NCBI GenBank assembly: GCA_964016885.1
Contig: OZ024746.1
Span: forward strand, 74,152,001-74,216,000
Length of the DNA: 64,000 nt
Direction of reading: 5' to 3'
Origin: Eledone cirrhosa
Lineage: Eukaryota
Position 1 is the first letter of the stretch; each line of letters opens with the position of its first letter. The notes beneath the pieces were generated by a model. That model did not search any database and had not been told where the DNA came from. It saw nothing but the letters and a program-made list of their open reading frames with translations. Position numbers and translations under genes: made by a program. Positions 12,431 to 27,145 of this stretch are shown here, one piece after another.

Positions 12431-13635
12431 TGATATAGAAATAACAACAACAAATTGGAGCACACGCAATCGAAACCTACGGTGGTACAACTGTTAGCCC
12501 ACACGTGTGTGTATGCGTATCTATGTGTGTATGTGTGTGTATGTGTGCGTATACACGTATCTATGTGTGTATGTGTGTGTTTATGTATATATGTATGTAT
12601 ATGGAGGGTAAGTGATGTATAGGCAATGTGGCATAAACTTATTAAGACTATATGTTGATTTGACTGCTATCTCTAGCAGGTGTATTGGTCATGTACATGC
12701 TCTCAATGTTTAGATATAGGGAATAAACCAGATTGGAGTATCTGTAATGGATGAGTGGTATAGAATTAGTTAAATAGATGGAACATTCGAGAGATAAATT
12801 GATAGATAGTTAGACTTCTTGATGGATGGCAAGCATATTGAAATGATATTTGGAATAGAAGATATACAACGAGAGTTTGATATAGATATAATTATAGAAA
12901 TGGAAGATAGGAAAAGAGATAACGAGAGAAAGAGATACTGATATAGAAAATCAAAAAGGGAGAAAGACATATTTTTAACAGGGATGCAAATAGAAAGAGA
13001 CATACAAATATGTGGTAGGATGCAATGAGAGTGAGGCAGAGACAAAAACGATAGATTTCTAAAATGAAAGCGAGAGAGAGAGAGGGGTGGGGGGCATATA
13101 TAGAGAGGGATAGAGAGGGGGGGACAAATAGAGAAAGAAAGAGGTTATTGAGATGTTCGGAGAAAGAGAGGAAACGGACGAGCGAATGAATAAAAATATG
13201 GGCTGAGGCTTATCTAGGTTGAATTCCATTAGGCAAAGATGGCGGTAAGTAAACTTCCTATATAAGCAACTTCCTGTTAAAACATTCAATATCAAACATA
13301 TATCTGTTTATCTAAACTATTGAAGCTTTGATAATAATTTCATTTATCTATCATTTATTTGTGGATTTTTTTTTATAATTCTTTTTTTTTCATGGGAAAA
13401 CTAGTGTGTCTGTATATCTGTGCATCTGTGTATATCACTATATGCATAAATAAGCACATGCACAAACACAAACATCTATATAAATATATGTAATGTTATA
13501 TATATATATGTGTATGTGCATATTTTTAATACTTGCATATACATACATATATAGTTACTCAGATTATATATATATATATATATATACATTCATACATAAA
13601 CGATCACACGGTTTATAATATATATATGTATGTAT

Positions 13636-13738
<103 letters not shown>

Positions 13739-14021
13739 CATATATATACATTCATACATAAAAAATCATACAGATTATAAAATAAGTATATATAAAATGG
13801 TTGATGAGTGTTCCAATTATTTGATTACTTGAAATATCAACTCATGAAATTTAAGTGGAAGTGGATGAGAGCTCCAGAGAGTTGTGTAAACTTAGCATAA
13901 CTATCAGGGAGATTCTGCGTGACAGTGGTGAAAAGGCTGGCTCTTTGATACACAAGTAAATTTCATGTTTTGCAAGCTGAGAGATTGGTTCAGCGTGAAA
14001 TAAAGTGTCTTGCTCAAGAAA

Positions 14022-14053
<32 letters not shown>

Positions 14054-14056
<3 letters not shown>

Positions 14057-14440
14057 AAAGTTCTATTTAAAATTGTTGGGATACAATTTCCTTTCCTCCT
14101 GTCTTTACTTATCTCTTTCTTTTTTTCTCCATGCATCTCTCTCTCTCTCCGATATTTCTCCACGTTTTTTCTTTCTCTCCGTCTTTTTTCTTTCTCTCCG
14201 TCTTTTTCTAATTGTCCTTAACACTATGACTTATTAAAGTTATATAAACAATTCACTATCCAGATGACTTCCCAAAACAATGGTTGCATTTTAATAGGGT
14301 ACGTCAAAGCTTATTTGTAAAACCGTTATATATTGTATTTTGTCTGATGAAGGCATACCATAATTTAATTTGGTATCCCTGAAATATGTATAATGAAATA
14401 AATATGGTTTTATAAATATAGTTTCCATTTATTAATATCG

Positions 14441-14442
<2 letters not shown>
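14054..14442 (+). mobile_element. Family C PLE pseudo-LTR unit with inverted tail at its 5' end
   Basis: Homologous to ~28100-28490; 14054-14086 is the reverse complement of the family tail (28548-28578, 42535-42563). Confidence 0.8.
14338..14398 (+). ncRNA. Type I hammerhead (family C)
   Basis: ttttgt-CTGATGA-aggcatacca..tggtatccct-GAAA-tatgta-TA-atgaaa. Confidence 0.85.
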
Positions 14443-14497
<55 letters not shown>

Positions 14498-14814
14498 CTT
14501 GTACCCCTGCATTCGCGGTCCCGATTTGTTCGCGGAATTTCCCTTAGAACCTAACTAATAATTATTCGTGGAAACCACCACATATTCATGGAATCGTAAA
14601 TATCTTCCGCGATTTTTTGGGGGCTCTTTTCGTGACAATATATATATCTCTAACGCTAAATTATTAATAACAATATACTGTATTTGTCCGCCTATTGGAC
14701 ACCCCACTTTTTTATTATATTTAACGTTATATTTTGGACTACGTCATATATTCGCGGTTTTTCACTCTTCGCGGTTGTTCTAGGAACGTAAACCCCGCGA
14801 ATACCGAGGGACAA

Positions 14815-14817
<3 letters not shown>
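14498..14817. mobile_element. Tigger/pogo-like (Tc1/mariner superfamily) MITE
   Basis: Right TIR reverse complement CAGTTGTCCCTCGGTATTCGCGG, degenerate left TIR ending ATTCGCGG, TA flanks, repeated TTCGCGG subterminal motifs. Confidence 0.7.
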
Positions 14818-14890
<73 letters not shown>

Positions 14891-15399
14891 TATATATATA
14901 TAGGTAAAAAATTAAATAGAAATAACAACACAACCGGTACTGTATATGGAAGTAATATATACATATAATGGGTACATTTTCTCAGATATCTGACTCAACA
15001 CCACCTACTGCAAGTCTACACCCACCCATGTGCATGGAGTTGATTTTTGCAGCAACAAAAGGCATGGCCAACACGCCACTGCAGGAACTTACAACATTAT
15101 ATGACTGTACACCAGCCCAGGTGACTAGAGAACCGTGATTGATGCCGCCTGTGCTACATCTCCCGTGCTGTCGAAACTACCGTGACAATTCACTAGCTTT
15201 AGCAAAAGCCTCAACGTCTTTATCGTACTAAGAATTCAGAGTCCTGGCCTGCATCGGCTGGAGAGATTGAAATAGACGACATCTGTACATCATGGATTAA
15301 AGTGGCAAAAGCCTGTGCATCATAAGTGGCACTCTCTAAATCTTAGTTAGTTTCTGTAGGAGTATGGGATCGATAGACAGCTTTCTGTTGCCCTGATAC

Positions 15400-15745
15400 C
15401 TCTATAAGAATGTCGGAGTATTTGTGTTTAAATAAATGGTGCTATATCGAAACCATTGAATACGGATGTCGGACTCCGCCTAGCGTGCGTATTGTCGTCT
15501 CTCCTGTTAAGCCGGTATCATGACTGGCGGGTGTAAAATCAGTCGGCTGCAATCTGCAGAATACATGGTATTACTTAATTCGACAGGTGATCTCCGACTT
15601 GCACTTGATAGGTTTGATGCCAAGTGCTGCATGGCTGGAATGAAAATCAGTGCTGCTAAAACTGAGACATTCCTCCTTTCAAGGAAGCCTGAGCAGTGCA
15701 CTCTACACGTGAATGGGGTTCCGTTGAAGCAGGTGGAAAAGATCA
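15400..15745 (+). mobile_element. RTE-clade LINE RT fragment (decayed)
   Basis: INGAISKPLNTDVGLRLACVLSSLL...GCKISRLQSAEYMVLLNSTGDLRLALDRFDAKC..AGMKISAAKTE...CTLHVNGVPLKQVEK covers RT motifs 4-7, with the YADD motif destroyed. Confidence 0.85.
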
Positions 15746-16042
15746 GCAGTACGGGGTCCGATGACGCCTGAGGTCTCGACGGCTGCCGGTACGAAGAGGA
15801 TCCGGCCAAACAAGGCTTGGTATTTGTTTGTCTTTTTGTCCTCGGCATTGCGAGCCACAGTGCCGGGGTTTATGACCGAAGAAGACTAAGTTTGTCGTAA
15901 CATGTGTCTTCCCAGATGAGGGATTTGCCTATTTTAATTGAGCGAACGTCTGATGACCTGGGCCCTCACAGTGTAAATCTGAAAAAAATCTGAAAAAGAC
16001 AGCCAGAGAAACAATTGTACTTTAATTGCACCCTTGTGTAAT

Positions 16043-16188
<146 letters not shown>

Positions 16189-16419
16189 TTAAGAACATTA
16201 ACAGAGAGAATGAACGGAAACGAGGCGGCAAAACGAAATACAATGTTTTAAGGGGAAAAACCTTTAAAAATTATTTTTAAAAAATAGAAACGAAGGACAG
16301 AGAACTCCAGGGTTATCGGCCGTTTAGATGGATTTTGGCAGGTTCGATCTCTACCAACGGTATTGCTGGTCCACCCGGAGTCACAGCGTCTGACTCAATC
16401 CAAACGCTATCCAGCACTG

Positions 16420-16710
16420 GGCTTGCAATCCAACGGTTGCGAGTTCGATTCTCGGACCGGGTGATGCGTTGTGTCCTTGAGCAAGACACTGTATTTCACG
16501 TCGCTCCAGTTTATTCAGCTGTAGAAATGAGTTGCGACGTCACTGGTACCAAGCTGTATCGGCCATAGCCTTTCCTTTGGACAACACCGGTGGCATGGAG
16601 GGGGGGGGGGAGGCTGGTATGCATGGGGGACTACAGGTCTTCCTCAAACAACCTTGCCTGGACTTGTGCCTCGGAGGAAAACCTTCTAGGTGCAAATCAT
16701 TCGTGTTCGA
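16420..16710 (+). mobile_element. tRNA-derived SINE family 2
   Basis: gagttcgattc box B, then gttgtgtccttgagcaagacac.tatttcacgt.gctccag. Confidence 0.8.
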
Positions 16711-16725
16711 AGAGGGTCTTCGATA

Positions 16726-16773
<48 letters not shown>

Positions 16774-16839
16774 GATATATATATATATATATACACACAT
16801 ATATATATGTGTGTGTGTATGTATATGTGTGTATTTGTA

Positions 16840-16892
<53 letters not shown>

Positions 16893-16975
16893 CTGTGTGT
16901 GTGTGTGTGTGTGTAAGGTAAACAGAAAAGACAACTCAACCGCTATAGTAAATGGAAGGAATATATTATATATAT

Positions 16976-17037
<62 letters not shown>

Positions 17038-17682
17038 GTGTGTGTTTATCTTTTCTGATGATGTCGTTTGTATTTGTACTGTTATTATTTTTCTTGCTTA
17101 CTAATTCTACACCACAATCATAATCAAAAGCATTTAATACATGCCTATTCTGCATATTTTTTATAGATATAAGACGGTTATTCGAAATCATATGATCTGC
17201 CAGAAATAGCAGCCGACATTCTTACTATATTATAACTTAAGGTTTTAATGAAGAAAGTTTCCAAAATATACATAATGGAATATTAGAATAATAAACCAGA
17301 GATATAACATATAGCTAGAATAGTTTCTACCATAGTTTTTGGATCAACTCTTGTTTACTAACAAAACCAACATCAAAGATTGGAGATGATTTTAAGGCAG
17401 ATATATGTAACACATATGGAGACGATTTAAGACACCCCTTGTTGGTTATATATGCAATGTTGTCGGTGTTGATGATAATAAGTGGCAGTCATATATAACC
17501 CGTGGTTCCAATGTTACCTGAAGGGGAACTCAGCGGCAGAAAATAACCAATTAGTGTAAGAGAAGGATAGAGGAAATATAAAAGAAAGAATATGTATATA
17601 TATATATATATGTATACATATATACATAAATGTATATATATATACATACATATATACATGCACATATATTCAGACACACACG

Positions 17683-17784
<102 letters not shown>

Positions 17785-17946
17785 AATATATATGTATGTA
17801 TACCGATTGTGTTGTTATTTCTGTTTACCTTTTACATACATACATATATATATATATACATATACACACACATATATATATGTGTTGAAATGTCCGTGAT
17901 CTCCAACAGACAACTGAAGAAGGGATTGTCCCCCGCTTGTGCTTTC

Positions 17947-18064
<118 letters not shown>

Positions 18065-18096
18065 GGCATACATACTTACACAAACACACACACTGA

Positions 18097-18140
<44 letters not shown>

Positions 18141-18368
18141 TAAAGAAACATATGCGTACGTATGTGTGTCTGAGTGTGCGTACAACGTATATGTATATAC
18201 GGCAATAGCATAAGCTAGAAAAACAGAGAGCTAAGTAGATAGAACGATATTTATACAGATTTTCGTCTTTCTATAACCATACACAAATATGCATAAATAT
18301 TTACATATCAAACATTTTATACAACATACGTACTTATGTATCTCGTCATGGAGGTATACACTATTGCA

Positions 18369-18423
<55 letters not shown>

Positions 18424-18486
18424 ATATATATATATGCATATAATATATACATTTACACATATGTGTGTATAATATATATATATATA

Positions 18487-18539
<53 letters not shown>

Positions 18540-19357
18540 ATGTATGTATATATATATATTTAATGTATGTTGTAATAATTACATACAATCATATATATAT
18601 ATATATATACTCGGGTATACACACACACACAATCATGTATGCTATATATTCATTAATATGTGTTTAAATGTATGAGTGTGTATGTATAAGAACTGTGTAA
18701 TAGTATCAAAGTAACGATCACCCATCCGTGTCAGAGGATGTAGCTGCGGTTATCTTTGTCACGCCCCACTGAACTGATGTGGATGCTGAGTGGGAAGATG
18801 AGGTTATTAACGGAATGAAGGAAAAGATGACAAGAAAATAGATAAAAAGAAGGAAAGGAAAAACAGCATCCCCGCCACTCCATAGCTCTATCTCCATTAA
18901 CACCACTTCCACCACATTCATATCATCATCATCATCAGCACCATCACCATCATCACTGTGATTATCGCCATCATTATCATCCTTATCATCATACCACCAA
19001 CATCATCACCATGAACATCGTCACCACTATCAGCCTCATTTTCGTGACATTTACTTTACTTCAGCCACACAGGTTACCTACCACTATTATCGCCATCTCG
19101 TCGTCACGTCATCCTCATTATCATCTCAGCCACCGCCGCCATCATTTACAGAAATCACAGATATCACAGGCACGAGTACATCACCACCACCACCACCAAC
19201 AACATTAATTACCACACCAACCGCCATCACACTCGTAACCATTATCGTCAAAACCAACATCAACACATCCACCACAATCAGCATCATCGTCGCCATCATC
19301 ATTATCGTCATCATTGTCTTCACTTCATCATCATCATCATCATCATTACTGACATGC

Positions 19358-19545
19358 GTGATTGGCAGTACCGGTAGAGGGTCGAACGCCATGCTTTCCA
19401 GCATAGAGTTATGTCTCTTTAAAGTCCTGAGTTCAAATCCTGCCGAGGTTAATTTTGCCTTTCATCCTTACAGGGTCGATAAAATAAATTACCAGTAATA
19501 CACTGCGGTAATTGCTGGCCTTGTGCTAAAAGTAGAAACAATTAT
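19358..19545 (+). mobile_element. SINE family 1
   Basis: Full head-body-tail match to the other copies. Confidence 0.88.
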
Positions 19546-20024
19546 TACCAGCATCACCCCAAAATACCTCCACCATTGCCATCACGAAATACAAACGCCC
19601 CCAATCACTATTTCTACCTCAACCACTAACAGCATCTACACTTTTCTAAAATACTATTGGTTCGACTGTAATTACTACGGTACAACAACGACAATATCAA
19701 CAACATAAGGGACACCATCAACACTGAACGTGGCAGCTTCTCTTTACTGGTCCTTCCATTGAGAAATTGCAGTCAAAGCCCTCTCAAACCACAAGATGCC
19801 CTCTTAAATATGGATGTAACACATCAAATACTGAGGTCCCAGATACCTATAGAAATACGGAAAGGTAATGAGTGGATATGCTTTGATCTTCTGTCTGGTA
19901 TATCTTCTGTCTGGTATATGCTTTGAACTTCTGTCTGGTCACAGCAACATCCCCTTCATTACTAACAGCCCTAATGCTACTCGGCAATACCACTTCCAAT
20001 AACAGCAACAGAAACAACAATAAT

Positions 20025-20370
20025 ATGTTTCTATTTTTTGGACAAGGACAGCAATTACCCCAGTGCATTACTGGTGCTTTATTTTATCGACCCCCATAAT
20101 GATGACAGACAAAGTAAACCTTTGCGGATTTGAGCTCAGAACGTAAAGGACCATAACTCTATGCAGAAAAGCATAGTTTCTGACGCTCTATTGATACTGA
20201 GGTACAAGTCCAACGATTGGGGCTGGGGAGCCAATTATACAAGTCCTAATACGTCACTTTATCGACCTAAGAAGGATGAAAGGCGAAATTTGAACTCAGA
20301 ATGCAATGGTTCGTAACTAAAGGCCACAAAGTATTTTGTCCGATGCTCTAACAATTCTATCAATCGACCA
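20025..20370 (-). mobile_element. Two diverged SINE family 1 copies
   Basis: tttatcgacc..gatga(a)ag.c...atttga.ctcagaa occurs twice. Confidence 0.7.
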
Positions 20371-20466
20371 TCGTCAGCAACTGTAATAAAAGAAGCAACA
20401 CCAATAGATATAGAGATAGTAGTGCATAGTTTTGACAACCAAATATTATTATGCTACAAGAGATTA

Positions 20467-20657
20467 TGGTGGTGGCTTGTCAGTATCGGTAGAGGGTCGG
20501 ACGCCATGCTTTGACGCATAGAGTTACGGCCCTTGTCATTCTGAGTTCAAATCCCACCAAGATTAACTTTGCCTTTCATCCTTACGGTGTCGATAAAATA
20601 AAGTACCAGTAATGCACTGATTTAATTGTTGGCCTTGTGCCAAAAGTAGAAACAATT
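20467..20657 (+). mobile_element. SINE family 1 with 24-bp TSD
   Basis: attattatgctacaagagattatg at 20445-20468 and 20655-20678. Confidence 0.9.
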
Positions 20658-22035
20658 ATTATGCTACAAGAGATTATGTCAGTCTATCACAGTACAGTAT
20701 GTGGACAGAAATATAGGTTATAGATATGCTGGCCGTGTTTCTGGCGTTGGTAAAAGTAATTTGGCGCTGGGGATGACGTTGTGCTTCTGGCGGTAGTGAT
20801 CTCATCGTTTTTGTCGTTAAAAGTCGTGGTTGTGTTGGCGGGGTTGTGTTGGCGTGGAGATGTCAGCGGGTATGCTCTGTGGACAAGAGTATTAAGAATG
20901 ATGTTTCTTCGAAATGACGATAGCGATACAAGTAACGTCATTGACTGTAGGCTTTTGGATGTCTGCAGTACTTAACTAGCGATTAGCTATATTCTATATA
21001 TAACAATCCACACAGGTGGGCTCAATCTCATACACGCACATACACAGTGATACAACCAAAAGCATACCCCATCCACATATATTAGTATGTGTTCATTGAC
21101 ACAACGTTTCCCCTGCTTCTCTCTATCACGAGGAACAACGTCCATATTTTGCCGCGGTTGATCTGTTCCCTTTGGTATGAACAGTGATGTAACATTTACC
21201 ATACTGTACTTTAACATTATTCAATTCCGCAGCCAACAACCAGACATCCTTTCCTACCCCATCCTACCGCAACACACCCTTCCATTTACACTCTACTTCA
21301 AATTATCCTCCCATTTCTCACCCTATCACAACACAACCTACCAGCTGGACCCAACCACCAAACATCCTATTATACATGGAATAGTATGCATAGAGATGCA
21401 CATCACAGATTACATGTACTAATCATTAACAACCACACATCTAAATAGACTGCATATATCACTTACGTTTACTAACTTTACATATACTCATAGCTATAAA
21501 TATACATATATGTACACATATACCCCTTCTAGCAATTGTATAGACCTCCCTATACATCCTACAGACACAGATCAACCCACTTTCTTCCCAATTCTCTTGG
21601 TACCTTTCTCCTCCCCAGTCCCTCTCTCTCTCCATCCATTCCTATCATTATTTAGTTCACCACTCCCAATCTCTTTTTACAGGGAGCTATCCCGTTTTAC
21701 GTCCTATTTCTCTCGAATCACATCCACCGATCCATTACTTATTTATCCAGTTCCCCATTCCGGCTCCGTCTCTCTATCTGTTCTTTCAGACAAATTGTTT
21801 GCTTGTCCATTTCTTGTTCTTGGTATCGGTCTAACACTTCTTATTTCTTATTCTTTCATATGTAACAGGATATATATTTCAGTGTGTAACAGGAAACCTC
21901 AGATCCCTTTTTTTCTATTAGGTGCAAATATTTTCACTGTGCACACATTGATCATATCTGTGTGCAAATAATTTCTCAACCAAGTATCGACTTCTTGCAG
22001 TTTTATTTCTTTGCTACTTGTGCATTTTGAACCCG

Positions 22036-22066
<31 letters not shown>

Positions 22067-22100
22067 GTCACTCTCTCCCTCTCTCTTTCTTTCTCTCTCC

Positions 22101-22157
<57 letters not shown>

Positions 22158-22637
22158 GACATATAAATGTGTGTGTACGGTTATGTGCATGAGTGCGTGC
22201 GCCTATGGATATGGAATTTGCTTGACAGCTATGAGAATTCAATAACTTTCCTATTAAGACATTAATATGTAATTAATATAAAGTTTAACAATTGTCAAAT
22301 ATGTGAGTATTATATATATATTACATTTACTCAGCATGTCATGTATATTTGTGTATATTTACAAACGCGAAAATAAAGAAAAAGAATTTTAAAATGAAAA
22401 CTGCAAGCAACAATTGGTGTATAGTCATCGACCGTACAGACGTCCTTTATCAGGCGAGATAACCTCCTCCTACGTTGGCGGATGAAATCGGCAATAGAGT
22501 GATCAAGGATTGTATAGCTCTTAACGGGAATCGGCTCAAAAAAGTAAGTTCATGCCAATCTTTTCTCAAATAAAGTTGTTCTACGTGATTTATTCGTCTT
22601 TTATTAAATTTATGCAACTATGCTCTTTGGTGACTGA

Positions 22638-22800
22638 TGGGTCATTCCATCTCAAATCCCCAGTGGCTCCCAGGTCATCCCCTCAGATACCCCTGAAAAA
22701 ATTCATAGTAGCTCCTGTACCTATATAACGGGAAAATATCAAGTATAATGTCAATATCTTTGATAGTTTTGAAATTGTAAGGCCTTTAAAATATTAATCA
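22638..22800 (+). mobile_element. Possible DNA-transposon terminus (Sola-like)
   Basis: Begins GGGTCATTCCATCTCAAATC, which resembles GRG-starting Sola2-type TIRs from memory. No partner TIR found in the window. Confidence 0.3.
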
Positions 22801-23986
22801 ATTATACATTTTTTTCTATATATTTTTCTATGTATTTTGTATATTTTTACATATACAGGCCTCTGACAATTGCCAAGAATTAAACGTGCAGCAAATAGGA
22901 TCGCATTGTAGGCATTGTCAGTGCGATGAAATTGATGATTATTGCCAGGAATATGCAGCATATGTGAGTTAATAAATCGTAGATAATCTTATGTACGCCA
23001 CTTACATAATTCTTTGCAAAGCAATGCAAGAAACTGTATACAGTCACTCAAAATGCTATATATATCAGTCAGGCATCATTAAAAATCCTTGATGAAGTAT
23101 GAACTGGCGCTTTAAAAACAACAATATCCATATAATTAATCTTGTTACAGATTGAGTATAGAATCTGCATTTATTTTGAGTTTGATATTGATGCCATGGG
23201 AGAGGGAATATCGGAGTTGGCAAAAGCAGATATTTCCAATTTCAATTCAGAAAATATATATCACTGTGCTGCAGACTGAACAGAATGTTTGTGGAGCAGT
23301 TACCACTCAAATCTACTACTTGTCTATTGAGCAATTTTACATAACATATATTTCATATATTTACGTGAATAAGTTAATGAAGTAAGTTGAATAACCTGAT
23401 CCACTTTATATCACTGATGATATTTATTCTTCTATTTGTCAGCCACAAGAAATTGCCTAAGCACCGGACAGAAATGAGATTACATTCCATCAGGCAAACG
23501 TACATTTAATCGTTTAACGCATACAGTAATCATAAATTTCTAACGCTTACGTATAAATCTCTAGACTTGTCAGCTGTAATAGATGCAGTAAAAATTACGA
23601 CTGCACTATTTGAAAGCTATTTTCACCAGGATAGCCGAAAAGCGAATGAAGATGGTTCTAATAAGACGGTTTAATGGAAAAGTGGAATATCAGGAGACTG
23701 TGTAGATGATCGGGTGTATAAATAAGTATAAATAAGAACTGGGAATCAGTGTACCGCGATAAGTGTCATTTATAATGGTTCCCAATCTGAAGAGTGAGAT
23801 ATATAGAAAATGAAAGAAATAGCAACATACACAGAGGCTGAGGGAGTCGGAAAGACTGACATAGATACAAAGAAACATAATGTATGATGTCATTTCATAT
23901 GTGAACGCCTTTGCGTGCATGATATGTAAAAGCGTAATATATGTATATACATCACATACACAGACATAGATACATGTCTGTGTATA

Positions 23987-24040
<54 letters not shown>

Positions 24041-24065
24041 ATATCAAAGAAGAGAAATAGGACCA

Positions 24066-24129
<64 letters not shown>

Positions 24130-24131
<2 letters not shown>

Positions 24132-24330
24132 CGAAGGAAATGTGGTAAGGAACCAGGTGGACCATAACGCACCAAAGTACGCAATACTTAGAGTAGTAGA
24201 GTGGGTAATAGGAACGAGTAGGACCCCGATGGCTGAGCTCAAGCCGTTTCGACGGCTAATTCTGGACTAAATTTAGTCCAGAATTAGCCGTCGAAACGGC
24301 TTGAGCTCAGCCGTCGGGGTCCTACTCGTT
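24130..24330 (-). mobile_element. Family F unit with 118-bp near-perfect palindrome (24213-24330)
   Basis: Axis at 24271/24272 (ggactaaa|tttagtcc) with one mismatch; each arm carries GAAAC-stem III-GTC. Confidence 0.85.
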
Positions 24331-24332
24331 GC

Positions 24333-24439
<107 letters not shown>

Positions 24440-24593
24440 ATGTGTGTGTGTGAGTGTATGTGTATCTTTGTGTGTGCGTATATATATATATTGAACAATG
24501 AAAACCAAGGGTGAATTTAGGGTTTAATTAGTTCTACAATCGTTTTGGAAGATTGATAGACCAGGATAAATCGATTGAGTAACTAATTGCTAT

Positions 24594-24985
24594 TAATTGT
24601 TTCTACTTTTAGCACAAGGCCAGCAATTACCCAGTGCATTACTGGTACTTTATTTTATCGATCCCGTAAGGATGAAAGGCAAAGTTAACCTCGGCGGGAT
24701 TTGGACTCAGATCATAAAGGGGCATAACTCTTTGCTGCAAAGCATGGCGTCCGACCCTCTACCGATACTGCCAATCATACAGCTTCATATTATTAGTTTG
24801 GATGTGGATTGGCAGTATCGGTAGAGGGTGGACGCCATGCTTTCCAGCATAGTAACGTCCCTTTACGATCTGAGTTTAAATCCCGCCGAGGTTAACTTTG
24901 CCTTTCATCCTTACGAGGTCGTTAAAATAAAGTACCAGTAATGCACTGGGTAATTGCTGGCCTTGTGCCTAAAGTAGAAACAATT
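24594..24985. mobile_element. Head-to-head pair of SINE family 1 (- 24594-24775; + 24803-24985 with 15-bp TSD)
   Basis: TSD attattagtttggat at 24789-24803 and 24983-24997. Confidence 0.9.
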
Positions 24986-25204
24986 ATTAGTTTGGATATA
25001 ATAGATCCATCGAGTCATCTTCAAGCACTAGTCGTTGTGTTTAGATTGCATTGGTCAACCAATATATAACTGTAACTCGTATGAATGCTCAACCAAATCT
25101 AATATAATGATATCCCATTAAAAAATAAACACTAGATATTTTACTTCTATACTATATGGAATATTAACAGTGTTATTGGACTCACCATAGTCAAATAGAG
25201 ACAA

Positions 25205-25252
<48 letters not shown>

Positions 25253-25263
25253 CCCGGAATAAC

Positions 25264-25307
<44 letters not shown>

Positions 25308-25311
<4 letters not shown>

Positions 25312-25757
25312 TTAATATAGATGAGATTCTACAGGACTAGAACTGTTTCATTCTTTAGAAATTATCAGGAATCTGGCTTTCCAAAAGTAAATGTTGTGGT
25401 ATTTATATCTTTTGAGGTGGTAGGAGAGGGTGGGGAGTGGGATGGGTGGAGGTCATTCGTTGAAAGAAAAGGGAATTCATTAAAAGCTAATTCTTTGAGG
25501 CTATAATTTATATTTAGAGTGACAAGGGCAGAAAGAATTCTATAAACAAGTTCAGAATGGAGTGCCACTCCTTATTTTTAAGTATCTCTTAAGCTAACAA
25601 TGCCTATATTTCAGGTGTATATAAGATGGTTGTGGGTCGGTCATGGTTGATGGATTTAAAGAAAAGGGAAATTCTTTAAAAGCTAATTCTTTAAAGCTCT
25701 ACTTAGAGTGACAAAGGCCAAGAGAATTCTATAAACGAGTTCAAAATATTGGGTGCC
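25308..25757 (-). mobile_element. Family E PLE-derived unit with HHR at 25324-25374
   Basis: Reverse complement of 36426-36750. Minus strand: agattc-CTGATAA-tttctaaagaat-GAAA-cag ttctagtc ctg-TA-gaatct. Confidence 0.8.
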
Positions 25758-26144
25758 TATCATATCATTTATAAAACCATATTTATTTCGTTATATATAT
25801 TTCAGGGATATCATATTAACAATATGTTATGCCATCTTCAGACAAAATACAATATAAACAGTCTTATAAATAAATAGATACGACATACCTTTCAATCACC
25901 TTGCACTTGGGAGGTTGATTTGGTAGTAAAAAATATTGTGGATAGTTGTAAAAAGAAAGAGATAAAGAGAGAAAGAAAGAGAAACGAAGAAAAAGAAGAA
26001 ATGCATGTGACTAAATAGAGGGATATAGAAAGATAGATAAAGAGAAGAACTTCATGTAAAGAAACAGAGAAATATATATAGAGAGAGGAAAAAAGAGAAA
26101 GAGATAGATAGAGAAATTTGGAAGTTGAGTATCGGTTGATACAT

Positions 26145-26175
<31 letters not shown>

Positions 26176-27145
26176 GCTCTAGTATTAATGTAAAGAGAGA
26201 TGTATGTAGTTAAGAGAGAAAATAGCCGTTATATAGAGAGAAAAAAGAGAAACAAGAGAAAATGAAAAAGAGAAAACGAAACATAACCAGACATAAACGA
26301 TGCAGAATTTAAAACCGCTATGTTTTATCCGTAGAAAATATTAGTTCGTATAAAACAGGCATTATAATGTAAGTACCAGTATTCATGAATGAGACATGTA
26401 TCTATAATGTGTGAAAAGTAATGATCTTATGTCTAGTTTTAAAAAATTCATATGTTTATATCATAATTATAAACAAACTCCCAATTCACACGAAAACATT
26501 CTCATTATGCTATAAAAATTCAAGTATACATATATGTGTGTATATATACACATATACATATAGAGTCTATATTAATTTTAACAATACTATTCTTGTCTTT
26601 ACTCTACCTGATTGTCGATCAAGCAGAAATAGAGAACAGATTTCAATATATTAATAAAAATAAAAATAAAAATAAAAATAAAAATAAAAATATCAGAGAC
26701 AAGAAAATAAATAAATAAATAAACAGAAAACTAAAACATTTAATATTAAAAATAAAAAATATAAAATATTAAAAAATATTAAAAAATAATACAAATAAAA
26801 CACAGAGATCAGCCTTTCAAAGTTAATTGACAATATATTGCCAAGATCATCATAAGCATCAGAGTCGAAACAGATAAAACAAAGATTGTTTACCAAATCC
26901 TGTCTAGCAGAAATCATTCCAAAAGTTTAGGATACCCATTTGGTCTACATATGTTCTTATATATAATATAGAAGTTTATCTAGTTTAAAATTTAATTCGA
27001 TATATTTGGAGCATCAGCTTTTAGGGTAGTTTAATTATTCATGAAGAATGTTTTAATAAAAAGAATGTTTTAATAAAAAGAAGAAATCGAAAGATTTATC
27101 GGCTAGTTTCATAAATAATTACAAATCAAATCAAAACAAACATAA

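Noticed and set aside
18721-18785. Possible minus-strand exon after a long pyrimidine tract (ASTSVQWGVTKITAATSSDTDG)
   Set aside because: Weak donor, no recognisable protein and no partner exons.
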